DNA of 64,000 nt from Candidatus Sulfomarinibacteraceae bacterium (GCA_963714885.1 CAVQQV010000049.1:1177-65176); one strand, 5' to 3'; numbered from the stretch's first letter, positions 43,695 to 55,274 are shown. Notes: generated by a model from the letters alone, not told the origin. A program made the numbers and translations.

Positions 43695-45422
43695 ATGTTG
43701 GACCCGATCCTCAGTGATGAACAGCGACAACTGCTGACCGGCGAGCGCGAGCTGTTGGCCGAGGTCAAGACCGGCCTCGAGCGTTCGGACGCCGCGGCTG
43801 ACGATCTGCGGGCGCTCAACGACTCGGTGCGGCAGCTTGACGAGCTCTTTTTGTTGGTGGTGGTCGGTGAGTTCAACGCCGGCAAGTCGGCGCTGATCAA
43901 CGCCCTCCTCGGTGAGCGGGTGCTCGCCGAAGGCGTCACACCGACCACCTCGAAGATCCACCACATCACCTGGGGCGAGGAGCTCACCCGCCAACCCATG
44001 GGCGCCGTCGGCGAACGGATCACGGCCCCGATCGAGAGCCTCCGCCAACTCGCTGTCGTCGACACCCCCGGCACCAACGCCCTCGACCGCGCCCACGAGG
44101 CCCTGACTACCGACTACGTACCGCGGGCCGATCTGGTGCTCTTCATCACCTCCGCCGATCGCCCGATGTCGGAGAGCGAGCGCATCTTCCTCGAGACTAT
44201 CCGCCGCTGGGGCAAGAAGGTGGCAATGGTCGTCAATAAGGTCGACATCCTCAAGAGCGATGACGAACGGGCGGAGGTCGTGGCCTACGTGGTGACCAAT
44301 GCCACTCGCCTGTTGGGCGTGGCACCCGAGGTGTTCGCGGTTTCTGCCCTGCGCGCCGCCGAGGCCGAAACCGACGATGAACGAGTGGCGAGCGGGCTGC
44401 CCGCGGTCGAGGCCTTTCTGCACGGGACCCTGGACAGCGGAGAACTGCTACGGCTCAAGCTGGTCAACCCTCTCGGCGTGGCTCGACACCTCTTGAAAGG
44501 GTCGCTCGAAACGGTTGAGGCCAGGCTCGGCCTGCTGACTGAGGACCGCCGTACAATCGGCGATATCGGTCAGCAAACCGAAACCTGGACGGCCGACGTC
44601 CGGCGGGAGTTCGACCTTCGCCTGTCGGACATCGACAACAGCCTCTATGGCATGGAACAGCGGGGTATGGAGTTCTTCGACGATACCGTGCGCATTGCGA
44701 AATTGCCGAAGCTCTTCGACACCTCCGGGCTCAAACAGACATTCGAGTCCGAGGTCGTCGCCGACGCACCTGAACAGGTCGAGGAAAAGGTCGACTCACT
44801 GATCGATTGGCTAGTGGACTCGGAGCTCGCTCACTGGCAGAACGTGGTCAACCACGTCAACCGGCGGACCTCGGCGCACGCCGATCGTATGGTGGGCGAG
44901 GTCGGCGGACGCTTTGAGACCGATCGCGCCCGATTGCTCGAAACGGTCGGTCGCGCGGCCCGCGATGGAATGGCGTCCTATGACCGGGTGGCGGAGGCGC
45001 GCCGGATGGCTGAGGACCTCCAGAAGGCGGTCACCTCCACCGCCCTCCTCGAGGTCGGTGCGGTGGGTCTCGGCGCCGCGGTGGCCCTGGCCGCCAGTTC
45101 CACCGCCGCTGACATCACCGGTCTGACCGCGGCCGGGTTGATGGCGGTACTCGGTCTGTTCATCCTGCCGCACCGCCGCCGCCGCGCCAAGGCCGATCTC
45201 AAACAGAAGATCTCCACCCTTCGCACCGAGCTGATGACGGGCTTGACAGGGCACTTCGAAAAAGAGGCCGAGCGCGGCCGCCGTCGTCTCGAGGAGACCA
45301 TCGCGCCCTACACCCGTTTCGTGCGTTCGGAATCCGACCGGCTCGAGGGAGAACGAAACACCCTCGCCGCCCTGTCGGAACGCGTCGGCGAAATGACGGC
45401 GCAGGTGGACGCGCTCCGCTAG
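43695..45422 (+). CDS. Bacterial dynamin-like GTPase with C-terminal TM hairpin
   Basis: VGEFNAGKS, PTT, DTPG, NKVD; long helical stalk; two hydrophobic segments near the C-terminus. Confidence 0.9.
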   Translation: MLDPILSDEQRQLLTGERELLAEVKTGLERSDAAADDLRALNDSVRQLDELFLLVVVGEFNAGKSALINALLGERVLAEGVTPTTSKIHHITWGEELTRQPMGAVGERITAPIESLRQLAVVDTPGTNALDRAHEALTTDYVPRADLVLFITSADRPMSESERIFLETIRRWGKKVAMVVNKVDILKSDDERAEVVAYVVTNATRLLGVAPEVFAVSALRAAEAETDDERVASGLPAVEAFLHGTLDSGELLRLKLVNPLGVARHLLKGSLETVEARLGLLTEDRRTIGDIGQQTETWTADVRREFDLRLSDIDNSLYGMEQRGMEFFDDTVRIAKLPKLFDTSGLKQTFESEVVADAPEQVEEKVDSLIDWLVDSELAHWQNVVNHVNRRTSAHADRMVGEVGGRFETDRARLLETVGRAARDGMASYDRVAEARRMAEDLQKAVTSTALLEVGAVGLGAAVALAASSTAADITGLTAAGLMAVLGLFILPHRRRRAKADLKQKISTLRTELMTGLTGHFEKEAERGRRRLEETIAPYTRFVRSESDRLEGERNTLAALSERVGEMTAQVDALR

Positions 45423-45459
45423 ACGTTAAAACGTTGGAACGTTGAAACGTTAGAACGTT
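45423..45459. repeat. Octamer-periodic AACGTT repeat x5
   Basis: acgtt-aaaacgtt-ggaacgtt-gaaacgtt-agaacgtt directly after the stop codon. Confidence 0.75.
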
Positions 45460-45501
45460 CGGTTCATCCCGAATTTCTGGGCCGGGGGTTTCATCTCAGA
45501 A

Positions 45502-45578
45502 GGTGGGCTGAAGCCCACCCTACGAACCCTTCCGGTATGTGGGTCCGAAGTAGGGTGGGCCTTGGCCCACCTTCAGAG
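45502..45578. repeat. GTAG-type REP doublet
   Basis: 45502-45523 is the exact reverse complement of 12473-12494; 45550-45578 matches the reverse complement of 12541-12569 at 28/29. Confidence 0.85.
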
Positions 45579-45618
45579 TCGCTGTGAATGTGAGGAACCT
45601 GCAACTTCAAACGATGAT

Positions 45619-48600
45619 TCAGTCTTCCATGTTGACGCTCACGACCGGCAACGGCCTGCCCGGGGTCCACGGCACGCCCTCCGCGTCCATCGCGGCCTCG
45701 AGCGCGGGGAGATCGACGTCGAGCAGCTGCCGCAGCCGGGGCTCGAGGGTCGCGAACTCCGCGGTGGCGATTTCGAATGCGCGGCGGTGGGTCGCGGTGG
45801 GACCGTAGTCCGACTGGCCGTCGGTCATCGAGGCCACCCGCAGGCGGCCGGCCACGGTTGGCACCCGCGGTTCGCCGAGGGAGCGTATGGATCGATTGCC
45901 CTCGAGCGCCTCGTCGAGAACATAAAGCCGCTGTTTGAGGGTCTCGAGCGTGGTGTCCAGGGTGCCCGGGGCGCCGGGTGAGCGGGCCAGTGCCTTCTCC
46001 AGAGTCGCGATCCGGTCAAAACCCAGACTGACCGCCTGCGACGCGGCGCTGACCGCGCGGTTGAGCGCGGCCACCTGGCGCATGAAGGCTGCAGTGCTCT
46101 CCGGTGCCGCGCCCTCGAGCACGCCCTCGAACACCCGCTCCACAGTGAAATTCAACGGGCCGCCGACCGCACTCACCACACCGTCGATCCTGGTAGCGAG
46201 CGTCACCGAGTAGACTCCTGGCGGCGCCATGAAACCGCTGTCGCCCCGGTTGCGCCGGTCGCCGCCCTCATCCGCTGATGCGCTGCTGACGGCCGAGGTC
46301 GTCGGATAGGTGAGGTCCCAGGCGACCCGGTGGAAACCCTTGGCCGCCGGCCCGGTCAGGCTCCGGACCACGTTGTCGTCGGCATCGCGAACCGTCAGCA
46401 CCACCGCCGGTTCGGGCTGGCGGCGTTCCTTCTCCAGCGCCTCATACCCGACGTACGGAGTGTCCTTTCCGTCCTTTTCGAGCTTCTTCTGTTGCTCACG
46501 CCGAGCCTCTTTGAGGGTCTTGAGATCGTCAGCGAGGTGGTAGGTGAAGACCGCGCCGAAGGGAGGGTTGTCGGCGATGAAATAGGCGCCTCCCTGTGAG
46601 GCCTGCCCGTCGTCGCCGAGGGGGCGGCGTTGGATGTACCACGGCGCCGTGCGGATCGGGAACTGCACGATTTCGCGTTCCATCACCTCGGTGGTGATCT
46701 GGCGCAGCGGGGAATAGTCGTCAAGGACGTAGAACCCGCGTCCGAACGAAGCGCCCACGAGGTCGTTGTCGCGGCGCTGGATGGCGAGGTCGCGGAAGGA
46801 GATGGTCGGCACGCCGCCCTCGAGTTCGATCCAGGCGCTCCCGCCGTCGACGGTGAAGAAGATCCCGAACTCGGTGGCCACAAAAAGAAGGTCTCTTTTG
46901 ACGTGGTCCTGCACCAGCCGCCACACCAGGTGGCGGTCCGGGAGGTCGCCGGCGATGGAGACCCAGGTCCGCCCGCCGTCGGTCGTCTTCACGAGATAGG
47001 GTTTGAAATCGCCGTACTTGTGGTTGTCGAGACAGACGTAGGCGGTGGTGGCGTCGTAGAGATCCGCCTTGATGTCGTTGACGAAGGCGGTGGCCGGGAC
47101 TCCGGGAAGTTGGCCCACCGGGATTGCCTTCCAGGTCCGCCCTCCGTTGATGCTCACCTGCAGCAGCCCGTCGTCGGTGCCGGCCCACAGCACGCCTTCC
47201 TCGATGGGCGACTCGGCGAGCGAGGTGATGGTGTTGTAGTTCGACATCGCGGTGAGGTCCCACGGTGCGGTGGAGCTCCACTGGCGGCCCATCACCGGCA
47301 GTAGGATGCGGTCCTCGTTCTTGGTCAGGTCGGGGCTCACCGGAGTCCAGCTGTCGCCACGGTCATCCGACCGCCACACCCGCTGCGAAGCGTAGTAGAG
47401 CCGGGTCGGCGAGTGGGGGCTGATGAGGATCGGCGCGTCCCAGTTGAAGCGCTCGGGCGGGTCGCCCGGTTCGGGCTGGGGCTGGATGTAGACGATGCCG
47501 CCGGTGGTGCGGTCGGTGCGGACGAGGTTGCCCTGCTGCCACTCCGAGTAGACGATGTCGGGGTTGCCGGGCTCGACCGCGGGCTGGTGGCCGTCGGCAT
47601 ACAGGGTGATGAACCAGTCGGCGTTGCGAATCCCATTGACGTTGTCGGTGCGGGTGGGACCGCCCTGGGTGTTGTTGTCCTGGGTGCCGCCGTAGACGTT
47701 GTAAAAGGGCGCGGAGTCGTCGAGCGCGAGCTTGTAGAACTGGGTCACCGGCAGATTGGCCACGAAGCGCCAGCTCTCGGCGAGGTCGAACGACTCGTAG
47801 AGACCGCCGTCGGTGCCGGCGAGCAACCAGTCGGCGTCGTCGGGGCGGAAGGCGAGGGCGTGGTTGTCGGAGTGTTTGGCCGTCTCGTTGAGTCGCCGGA
47901 AGGTGGTGCCGCCGTCGTCCGAAACCTGCATCCGGACATCGATGATGTAGAGGCGATCAAAGGCGTGCGGACTGGCCTCGAGCTCCTGGTAATAGTGGGG
48001 TCCGGTGCCCCCGGACACCGCGTCGGAGCGTTTTTCCCAGCTCGCGCCGCGGTTTGACGATCGCCACACTCCGCCCTTGCGGTTGTCGAGTTCGATGACC
48101 GCGTATACGACGTCGGGCTGTTGCGGCGAGACGGCGAGACCGATCTTGCCCATGTTGCCCTCGGGCAGACCGCTCTCGAGCCGGGTCCAGGTGGCGCCGC
48201 CGTCGGTGGTCTTGTGGATCCCCGACTCCGGCCCGCCGTCGATGACCGCCGCTATCGTCCGGTGGTGCTGCCAGGTGGCGGCGTACAGGACTGCGGGATC
48301 GCGAGGGTCTATCACCAGGTCGGTGACGCCGGTCCACTCGCCAGATGACAAGATATTCGACCATGTGGCGCCGCCGTCGGTGGTCTTGTAGAGACCGCGA
48401 TCGCCGCCCGCTGACCACAGCGGGCCCTGCGAGGCCACATAGACCGTGTTGGAGTCGGTCGGGTCGACGATGATCTTGGAGATGTGCTGCGATTCGGCGA
48501 GCCCCATGTTCTTCCAGCTCGCGCCGCCGTCGAGGCTCTTATACACACCGTCGCCAAAGCCGACGTGACGGCCGCCGACGTTTTCCCCGCTTCCCACCCA

Positions 48601-48923
48601 GACCACCTCGGGATTCGAGGGGTCGAGGGTGACGCAGCCGATGGAGTACGACTCTTCTTTGTCGAAGATCGGTTTCCAGGTGGTGCCGGAGTTGGTGGTC
48701 TTCCACACCCCGCCGGAGCCCACCGCCACGTACCAGGTGCTGAAATCGGTGGGGTGGATGGCGATGTCGGCGATCCGCCCCGACATCAGGGCCGGGCCGA
48801 TGCTGCGGAACTCGAGACCCTTGAAAGCCTTGGCTGACATCGGGCGTAGTTGGTCTCCTCCTCAGCAGCCGGACACGGGTAGGCCATTGCACACAGGATG
48901 ATCAGGATGGCCAGTTTCTTCAT
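45619..48923 (-). CDS. Secreted VPS10/sortilin-like (BNR repeat) protein, 'glycosyl hydrolase' (frameshift near 48845)
   Basis: FRSIGPALMSGRIAD, repeated S/T-x-D-G-G-x-T-W Asp boxes, GGTQDN; the signal peptide MKKLAILIIL is in another frame starting at 48923. Confidence 0.88.
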
Positions 48924-49083
48924 GAGATTCCCCCCCACAGTGAAATGCTCCCCCGGAGACACACAGCCCGCATATCTTACCGGTTTTCGCAGCCCAGGCG
49001 GCGAAACGCCTGCGCCGGTCGCAGGACCGGTTCGTGCCTCTTGCGCTGGGACGACGGTCTTCACCGTCCCCCGGGGCCACCCA

Positions 49084-50085
49084 TCAGAGCGAAAACGACG
49101 CCACGAAGAGGAGGACGAAAGCCGCCGGGAACAGCCACCTCGAAACACGATTGACCCGTGCCGCCTTTTCGAGGTGGTGTCCGTCGTTCATGGCGCTGGT
49201 CAGCGTCACCTGCACCAGGGCCACGAACACCAGCAGGGTCGCGCCGAGAAGAAAATGATCGAGCCGGGTGAGGTAGGAAACCGGCGGCAGCGACTGGTCG
49301 AGCAGGAAGCGGTAGGCGACCAGAGTCAGCATTGAGGTGACGGCGACGCTGATCCGCGGCCCGACGTGGACGGTGTTGATCCAGAACACGATCCACGACA
49401 TGAAGATGATGATCGCCACCGAGATGACGGCCTTGCCGAGAAAGAAGCCGAGATGGCGTTTCGCCTGGAAATCCCCCTCCAGCCCGGCGACTTGCCGCCC
49501 GCCAGGCACCACCTGGTAAGGCTTGGTGCGCAGATCAAATCTTCCGATCGTCCAATCGGAGACCGTCATTTCGGGCGAATGACCGATGCCTTCCCCTTCC
49601 GTTGCGGGGACGAAATCGATCTCGTCGGGGCCGTAACCGAGGACCGCCAGCTGCAGTCTGAAACGGTGTTGGTCAAGTGGAAAGTCGTGGAAGTCGAGCC
49701 GCGAAGTGAAGTCCCCGTTATACCGCTGCCGGTAGGTCACCGTGCCGTCCGGCTCCACGTCCACGATGTCGTCAAAGGTCTTGACCACGCGGCGCTGGTT
49801 GACGAGCTGGATTTGCGGGTTCCAGACGCTGTCGAGCGGCAGTCGGCGCACGCCGTCGCCCTCCATGACGAGTCGTTCATCGCGCCACTGCAGCATCAAA
49901 AAGACGTCAGCGGTGAAGCTCTGCTCGGCCCCGTCGATCTTCGATACGTCGAGGAGAACGAGCGTCCCCGTCAATCTCAGCGGTTGCTCGCCGGCCCCCG
50001 GGCGCGTTCCCGCGAACTCCTCGTCCCCGACTGCGGGTGTGGCCGCCACCAGCACCGTCAGCACGAGCAGGACCAGTTGTTTCAT
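49084..50085 (-). CDS. Prokaryotic pentameric ligand-gated ion channel (GLIC/ELIC-like)
   Basis: Signal peptide, WRDERL, WNPQI, Pro-loop DFHDFPLD, four TM helices, LPPVSYLTRLD M2-M3 loop. Confidence 0.9.
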   Translation of the reverse strand: MKQLVLLVLTVLVAATPAVGDEEFAGTRPGAGEQPLRLTGTLVLLDVSKIDGAEQSFTADVFLMLQWRDERLVMEGDGVRRLPLDSVWNPQIQLVNQRRVVKTFDDIVDVEPDGTVTYRQRYNGDFTSRLDFHDFPLDQHRFRLQLAVLGYGPDEIDFVPATEGEGIGHSPEMTVSDWTIGRFDLRTKPYQVVPGGRQVAGLEGDFQAKRHLGFFLGKAVISVAIIIFMSWIVFWINTVHVGPRISVAVTSMLTLVAYRFLLDQSLPPVSYLTRLDHFLLGATLLVFVALVQVTLTSAMNDGHHLEKAARVNRVSRWLFPAAFVLLFVASFSL

Positions 50086-50163
50086 TGACGTCATCTCCAT
50101 CTGCGCTATCCTACGGGCCGCGATCATAGGGAATCCCGTTCGCCGGGGAAATGTCTGAATTCC

Positions 50164-50418
50164 ATGATGCCGGCCGACGCCCTGGTCGCCGATTTCCCGA
50201 TCTGCGCCCTGACGCAGATGCGTTTTCCGGACGCGGGTCTGGCCACGCTCTCCGAGCCCCTGACCATCGAGCCCATCGGTATCGCCCTCGCCCCCGGCGA
50301 CTCGCTGTTCCTGAACATGGTCACCAACTACCTCAGCGCTCTCGAGGGCATCGGCCTGCTCGACGCGCTCGAGAAGAAGTGGTTTGAAGACGGCGGGTGG
50401 CTGATTCAGCTTCCGTAG
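50164..50418 (+). pseudogene. C-terminal remnant of a polar amino-acid ABC substrate-binding protein
   Basis: ADALVADFP..EPLTIEPIGIALAPGD..LEKKWF matches SBP family 3 C-termini; no 5' part or signal peptide present. Confidence 0.65.
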
Positions 50419-50462
50419 CAATGTGTCGTGGCGGAACGCCACCAACACATTCCTGAGAGCTC

Positions 50463-50497
50463 AAAGACGGTGGCGCCTTGGCGTCACCGTTTTTGTT
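50463..50497 (+). terminator. Rho-independent terminator
   Basis: ACGGTGGCGCC/GGCGTCACCGT hairpin followed by TTTTGTT. Confidence 0.7.
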
Positions 50498-50534
50498 GGG
50501 CTATGATTCCCGGACGATATCAGGAGGCGAAGGG

Positions 50535-51848
50535 ATGAGTTCAGAAAACCCGAAGAGCGGCGTTCGCGGCTACTTCGAGTGGTTCGTTCACTCGGAAGTG
50601 ACGGGCAGCATCCTCCTTCTGGCGTGCACTGTCCTTGCCCTGGTGTGGGCCAACTCACCGTGGGCTGATTCGTACTTTGAGATCCTCCACACCTACGTTG
50701 GTGTGTCCTGGGGCGACGCATACTTCAAGCTTTCGCTCCACCACTGGATCAACGATGGCCTGATGGTGGTCTTCTTCTTTGTCGTCGGTCTCGAGATCAA
50801 ACGCGAGCTGGTGGTCGGCGAGCTGTCATCGTTTCACAAGGCGGCGCTGCCGGTTGCCGCCGCGGTCGGCGGCATGGTGGTTCCAGCTATGCTGTTCGCC
50901 GCCATCAACCTGGGCGGAGCCGGTTTGCGGGGATGGGGCATCCCCATGGCCACCGACATCGCGTTCGCGCTTGGAGTGTTGGCGATGTTCGGGACCCGGG
51001 CGCCGCTCGGTCTCAAGGTCTTTCTCACCGCCCTCGCTATCGCCGACGACCTCGGTGCGGTGGCGGTGATTGCGATTTTCTACACCGAACAGATCAACGT
51101 CGGGTCGTTGGTGGTGGCTGCGGTTCTTCTCGTGCTGCTGTTTGCTGCGATTCGGGCGGGTGTTCGACGGCGCGGCATTCTCTACCTGATGATCGTCGGC
51201 GTGTGGCTCGCCGTCTTCTCGTCGGGCGTGCACGCCACGGTGGCGGGAATTCTGGTGGCGATGGTTGTCCCTGTCCGTCCGAGGGTCGATCCTCACAGTT
51301 TCATCGACGAGACCGAAGAGCGGCTGGAACGCATCAAACGGATGGAGCTGTCGGCGGATAGCCTGCTCGGCGACCGCGAGCAGCTCGAGATCGTCGACCA
51401 TATTCACACTCGGGCGGGGGAGGCGTTGCCGACGGGTCTGGTCCTCGAGCACTTCCTGCACCCGATCCAGGTATGGTTGATCCTGCCGCTGTTCGCACTG
51501 GCCAATGCGGGTGTTGCCATCGGCGGCGACCTGATGTCTGTATTGGCCGATCCGCTCGCCCTCGGCGTCATCATCGGGCTGGTGGTGGGCAAACCGGCCG
51601 GTATCACTCTTTTGAGTTGGGTCGCCGTCAAGAGTGGCCGAGGTGCGCTGCCGGCAGGCGTGACCTGGGCGCAGGTCACCGGCGCCGGGTGTCTGGCGGG
51701 CATCGGCTTTACGATGTCGCTCTTCGTGACCGATCTGGCCTTCAACGATGAGCTCCTGATAGCCACCGCCAAGGTGGGTATTCTGGCGGCGTCGCTCGCG
51801 TCCGGCTTCATCGGGTTTGTACTTCTTTCGAGATCGTTGCCAAGGTGA
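50535..51848 (+). CDS. nhaA: Na+/H+ antiporter NhaA
   Basis: WINDGLM, GLEIKRE, GWGIPMATDIAFA, ALAIADDLGA, GVHAT, GIGFTMSLF. Confidence 0.96.
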   Translation: MSSENPKSGVRGYFEWFVHSEVTGSILLLACTVLALVWANSPWADSYFEILHTYVGVSWGDAYFKLSLHHWINDGLMVVFFFVVGLEIKRELVVGELSSFHKAALPVAAAVGGMVVPAMLFAAINLGGAGLRGWGIPMATDIAFALGVLAMFGTRAPLGLKVFLTALAIADDLGAVAVIAIFYTEQINVGSLVVAAVLLVLLFAAIRAGVRRRGILYLMIVGVWLAVFSSGVHATVAGILVAMVVPVRPRVDPHSFIDETEERLERIKRMELSADSLLGDREQLEIVDHIHTRAGEALPTGLVLEHFLHPIQVWLILPLFALANAGVAIGGDLMSVLADPLALGVIIGLVVGKPAGITLLSWVAVKSGRGALPAGVTWAQVTGAGCLAGIGFTMSLFVTDLAFNDELLIATAKVGILAASLASGFIGFVLLSRSLPR

Positions 51849-51987
51849 GTCGACCCTGCGATAGACCGGTGAACCGAAACCGTACGCAACAGGGAGGCGA
51901 CGTTTCACCTCGCGTAGAATGAGGCTGGCGCGCACCGGGCTCCGGGAGAGCGCCGACATCGCGAGATGAAATGAGGGTGAAGCCGGC

Positions 51988-54564
51988 GTGAAACCAGTGG
52001 CAGACCAAACCGTTGTCCGCTTGACCGGTGGAGTGGTGCTCGCGCTCGCCCTGGTCGGTGCGCTTGTCTGGACTGGACACCTCGCCGCGCAGGAGCCACA
52101 GGCTGTTGCCCTATCCCCGACCCCGACCCCAGCTCCGACGCCGATCGCAGCGGCGGAGATTTCCGATCAGTCGATGGCGGTCGCGACCATGCTCCATCGG
52201 GTCGCTCGGACCACGCGAATTGGCGATGATTTCGAGAAAATCAAGAGCGAGTTCGACGAGGAACGGCACAACGTCGACGCGCTTGCAGCCGAGACCTCGC
52301 GCCGCCTCGAGATCGAGCGGCCCAGCGTCAGTCCTCGAGGATACCGAGAGGGCCTGGAGACGAATCGCGAGCCGGATCGACGGATGGCAGCAGACGCTGA
52401 CGAACAGTGCAGAGGCCATCGACGCGGTGATCGAAACCATCAAAGAATCGAGGGCCGTCTGGGAGCTGACCCTGTCGACGGCGGACGAGGTCGAGTTGCC
52501 GCCGATGGTGCGCCAGGAGGTCGAGGACGTCCTGCAGGACCTGGCTGAGGCGGAACGTGTATCGCTGACCAACCGCGACCTGGTGCTGACGCTCCAATCC
52601 CGGCTCGCCACGTCTGGAGCGAGAGTGGCCGAGGTCCAGGCCGAGCTTGGCGACGAGATCCAGCGCCGGCGGCGCGGGATCCTGGGCATCGACAGCCCGG
52701 CCTTGTGGAACGCCTTTGGCCTGCCCGGCGTCGACGGTCTGCCGTCGGAGCAGATCGCGGCGATCTGGACCGGCAACTCGCAGACCGTGCGAAGCTATAT
52801 CTCCGGGCACGGCAGGCTCCTTGCCCGCCACGTCGCGCTGCTGATCGGCCTCGTGACGCTGTTGACGGTGCTTCGCCGACGGGCCGATCTCTGGACTGGG
52901 CAGGATGCTTCCCTGGAGCGCACCGTCCGGGTGCTCGATCGCCCGATCTCGGCTTCGCTGGTGATCACCATCCTGCTCGCGGATGTGCTCTACCCGGCTG
53001 CGCCGGCGGCGTGGTTCGAGGTCCTCGGTCTGGTGCTGCTCCTCTCCATGCTGCGGATCCTTCCGCTGATGGTCCCCGACGTCTCTGCAGCCGATGGCCT
53101 ACGTCGCCGGCTCTTCTCTACTTCCTGGAGGGGGCGACTCATTTGGCGCCGGACGGCAACCTGGTCGATCGGCTGCTGCTCCTGACGCTGTCGGTGTCAG
53201 CGACCATAGCCTGTTGGTGGGTCGACCGCAGGCTGAATCGGGAGCATCTCATCCCCTCGGAGAACTGGTCCCGGGTCGTCGAATTCGGTGTCAGGATCGC
53301 GCTCGTGACCTTCGTGATCGGGTCGCTGGCCAACATCATCGGCGCCGTCGGTTTCGCCGCGCTCGTGATCGAAGGGAATCTGAACAGTGCTTTCTCGGCG
53401 ATCCTGGTGTGGGTGGTCGCGGTGCTGACGAGAGCTGTGGTGCGGGTCGTCCTGCTCACCGGGGCCGCGAAGACGTTCGGCATCGTCCGACTCCATGCCG
53501 ACGAGGTTCGCACGACCGTCTTCAAGGTCATCACGTGGGTCGCGGTGGCAGTGTGGGTGATCTGGACGCTCAAGAAGTTCACTCTCTACGACGGCCTGAG
53601 GGCCTGGGTCGGCGCGAAGCTTGACGCCGCAATCTCGTTCGGCGAGTTCTCCGTCGTGCCCGGCACCGTCCTCCTTTTCGTTCTGCTGATCTGGTTGACC
53701 TTCAAGCTGTCACAGGTGATTCAGTTCGGGCTCGAAACCGATGTCCTGCCGCGGATGGACCTGCCCCGGGGGGTGCCCGGCGCCATCACGAGGCTCACCC
53801 ACTACGCGGTGATCGTGGTCGGCGTCATGGTCGCCGCGACCGCGGCAGGTTTAGATTTCAGCCGCGTCAACCTTATTGTCGGCGCCCTCGGTGTCGGTAT
53901 CGGTTTTGGTCTGCAGAACGTAGTCAACAACTTTGTGTCGGGTCTGATCCTGCTTTTCGAGCGACCGATCCGGGTCGGCGACCGCGTCCAGCTCAATCAG
54001 CTCTCGGGCGTCGTCACCGACATCGGGATGCGAGCGAGCATCGTCCGCACCTGGCAGGGCGCCGACGTGATCGTCCCGAACGCCAACCTGATCTCGTCCG
54101 AAGTGATCAACTGGACGCTTCACGACGACAGCCACCGGATGGAGATCTGTCGGGGTCGCCTATGGGACCGATCCGCAGACGGTCATCGATCTCTTGGAAT
54201 CCGTCGCGGTGAAGCATCCGGAGGTGCTTTCGCGATCCCGCGCCGGTGGCGCTCTTCCTCGGCTTCGGCGAGAGCTCGCTCGACTTCGAGCTTCGCGCCT
54301 GGACCGGCAGCGATTTCGTACAGGTGGCGAGCGACCTGCGCGTCGCCGTCAACACCGCCTTGGTCGAGGCCGGGTATCGAAATACCCTTTCCGCAGCGTG
54401 ATCTCCACCTCCGCTCGGTGGACTCTGCGTCGCACGGCGGCAGCGACTCGAACCGCACCCGGCCGACCGGAACCCGAGGTGGACACGACGCGCTGTCAGA
54501 CCGGAAAAACCCAAAGAAGACAAATTCTCCCAACGCTGGAAATCACGATCTGATTGTGCGATAA
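51988..54564 (+). CDS. Large MscS/MscK-like mechanosensitive channel (about 6 frameshifts)
   Basis: GALGVGIGFGLQNVVNNFVSGLILLFERPIRVGD, IVPNA, INWT, IEIPFPQRDLHL; N-terminal coiled coil; pieces in all three frames (shifts near 52320, 53078, 53108, 54150, 54235, 54378). Confidence 0.85.
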
Positions 54565-54627
54565 TGTCTCGACTTTTGACACGCTCGGCGCGGCTCACCC
54601 GCGGCTCGAGCTCTCGGGGAGAACGAC

Positions 54628-54969
54628 ATGGAAATCAAAAAACGTTCGTTTGGTGACGTGACCATCCTCGATCTCGACGGCAAACTCACCATTGGCAAAG
54701 GTGATGTGGTCCTGCGGGATGCGCTGGTCGAGGAACTCAACAAGGGCGGAAAGAAAGTGGTCATCAACCTCGACAAGGTCACCACGATTGATTCGTCGGG
54801 TCTTGGTGAGCTCATCCGTTGCAGGGTGACGGCAGCCTCGAGCGAGGCCGCGATCAAGCTGTTGCACGTCAACATCAAGGCGCGAAAGCTCCTGACCATG
54901 GCCCAGTTGGTCGGCGTCTTCGAGATGTTCGACGACGAGGCCTTGGCGGTGGAGTCTTTTGGCGCCTGA
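54628..54969 (+). CDS. STAS-domain anti-sigma factor antagonist
   Basis: VTILDLDGKLTIG, IDSSGLGELI (phosphoacceptor Ser). Confidence 0.92.
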   Translation: MEIKKRSFGDVTILDLDGKLTIGKGDVVLRDALVEELNKGGKKVVINLDKVTTIDSSGLGELIRCRVTAASSEAAIKLLHVNIKARKLLTMAQLVGVFEMFDDEALAVESFGA

Positions 54970-54991
54970 TCCTCGAAGACCCGGTCGTATG

Positions 54992-55274
54992 TAGCCCGCA
55001 CTTCTCACCAAGCGTCGACTGCGGCCGACGATGCATCCTACCCAGCCGTGTTTTCTCAACCTTGGGTGCTCTCCCCGCCGACAGCTGCGCAATGTGACTG
55101 AAGGCTCGCCTTGGGGCGAGCCCATCGGACACGCGCTGATGGCGGTGAGACACAAGCGCCGAAGGCACGCCGTAACGTACTGCAAAGCACAAGCCACGCC
55201 CTAAGGTGAGAAGACCCACCTGGCAAACGCGCCTTGTGGCCCTCGTGACGAAACCTGGTGAGAAGTGCGGGTTA
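54992..55274. mobile_element. Putative MITE / IS remnant with 19-bp terminal inverted repeats
   Basis: TAGCCCGCACTTCTCACCA (54992-55010) and TGGTGAGAAGTGCGGGTTA (55256-55274) match 18/19; no credible internal ORF. Confidence 0.55.
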
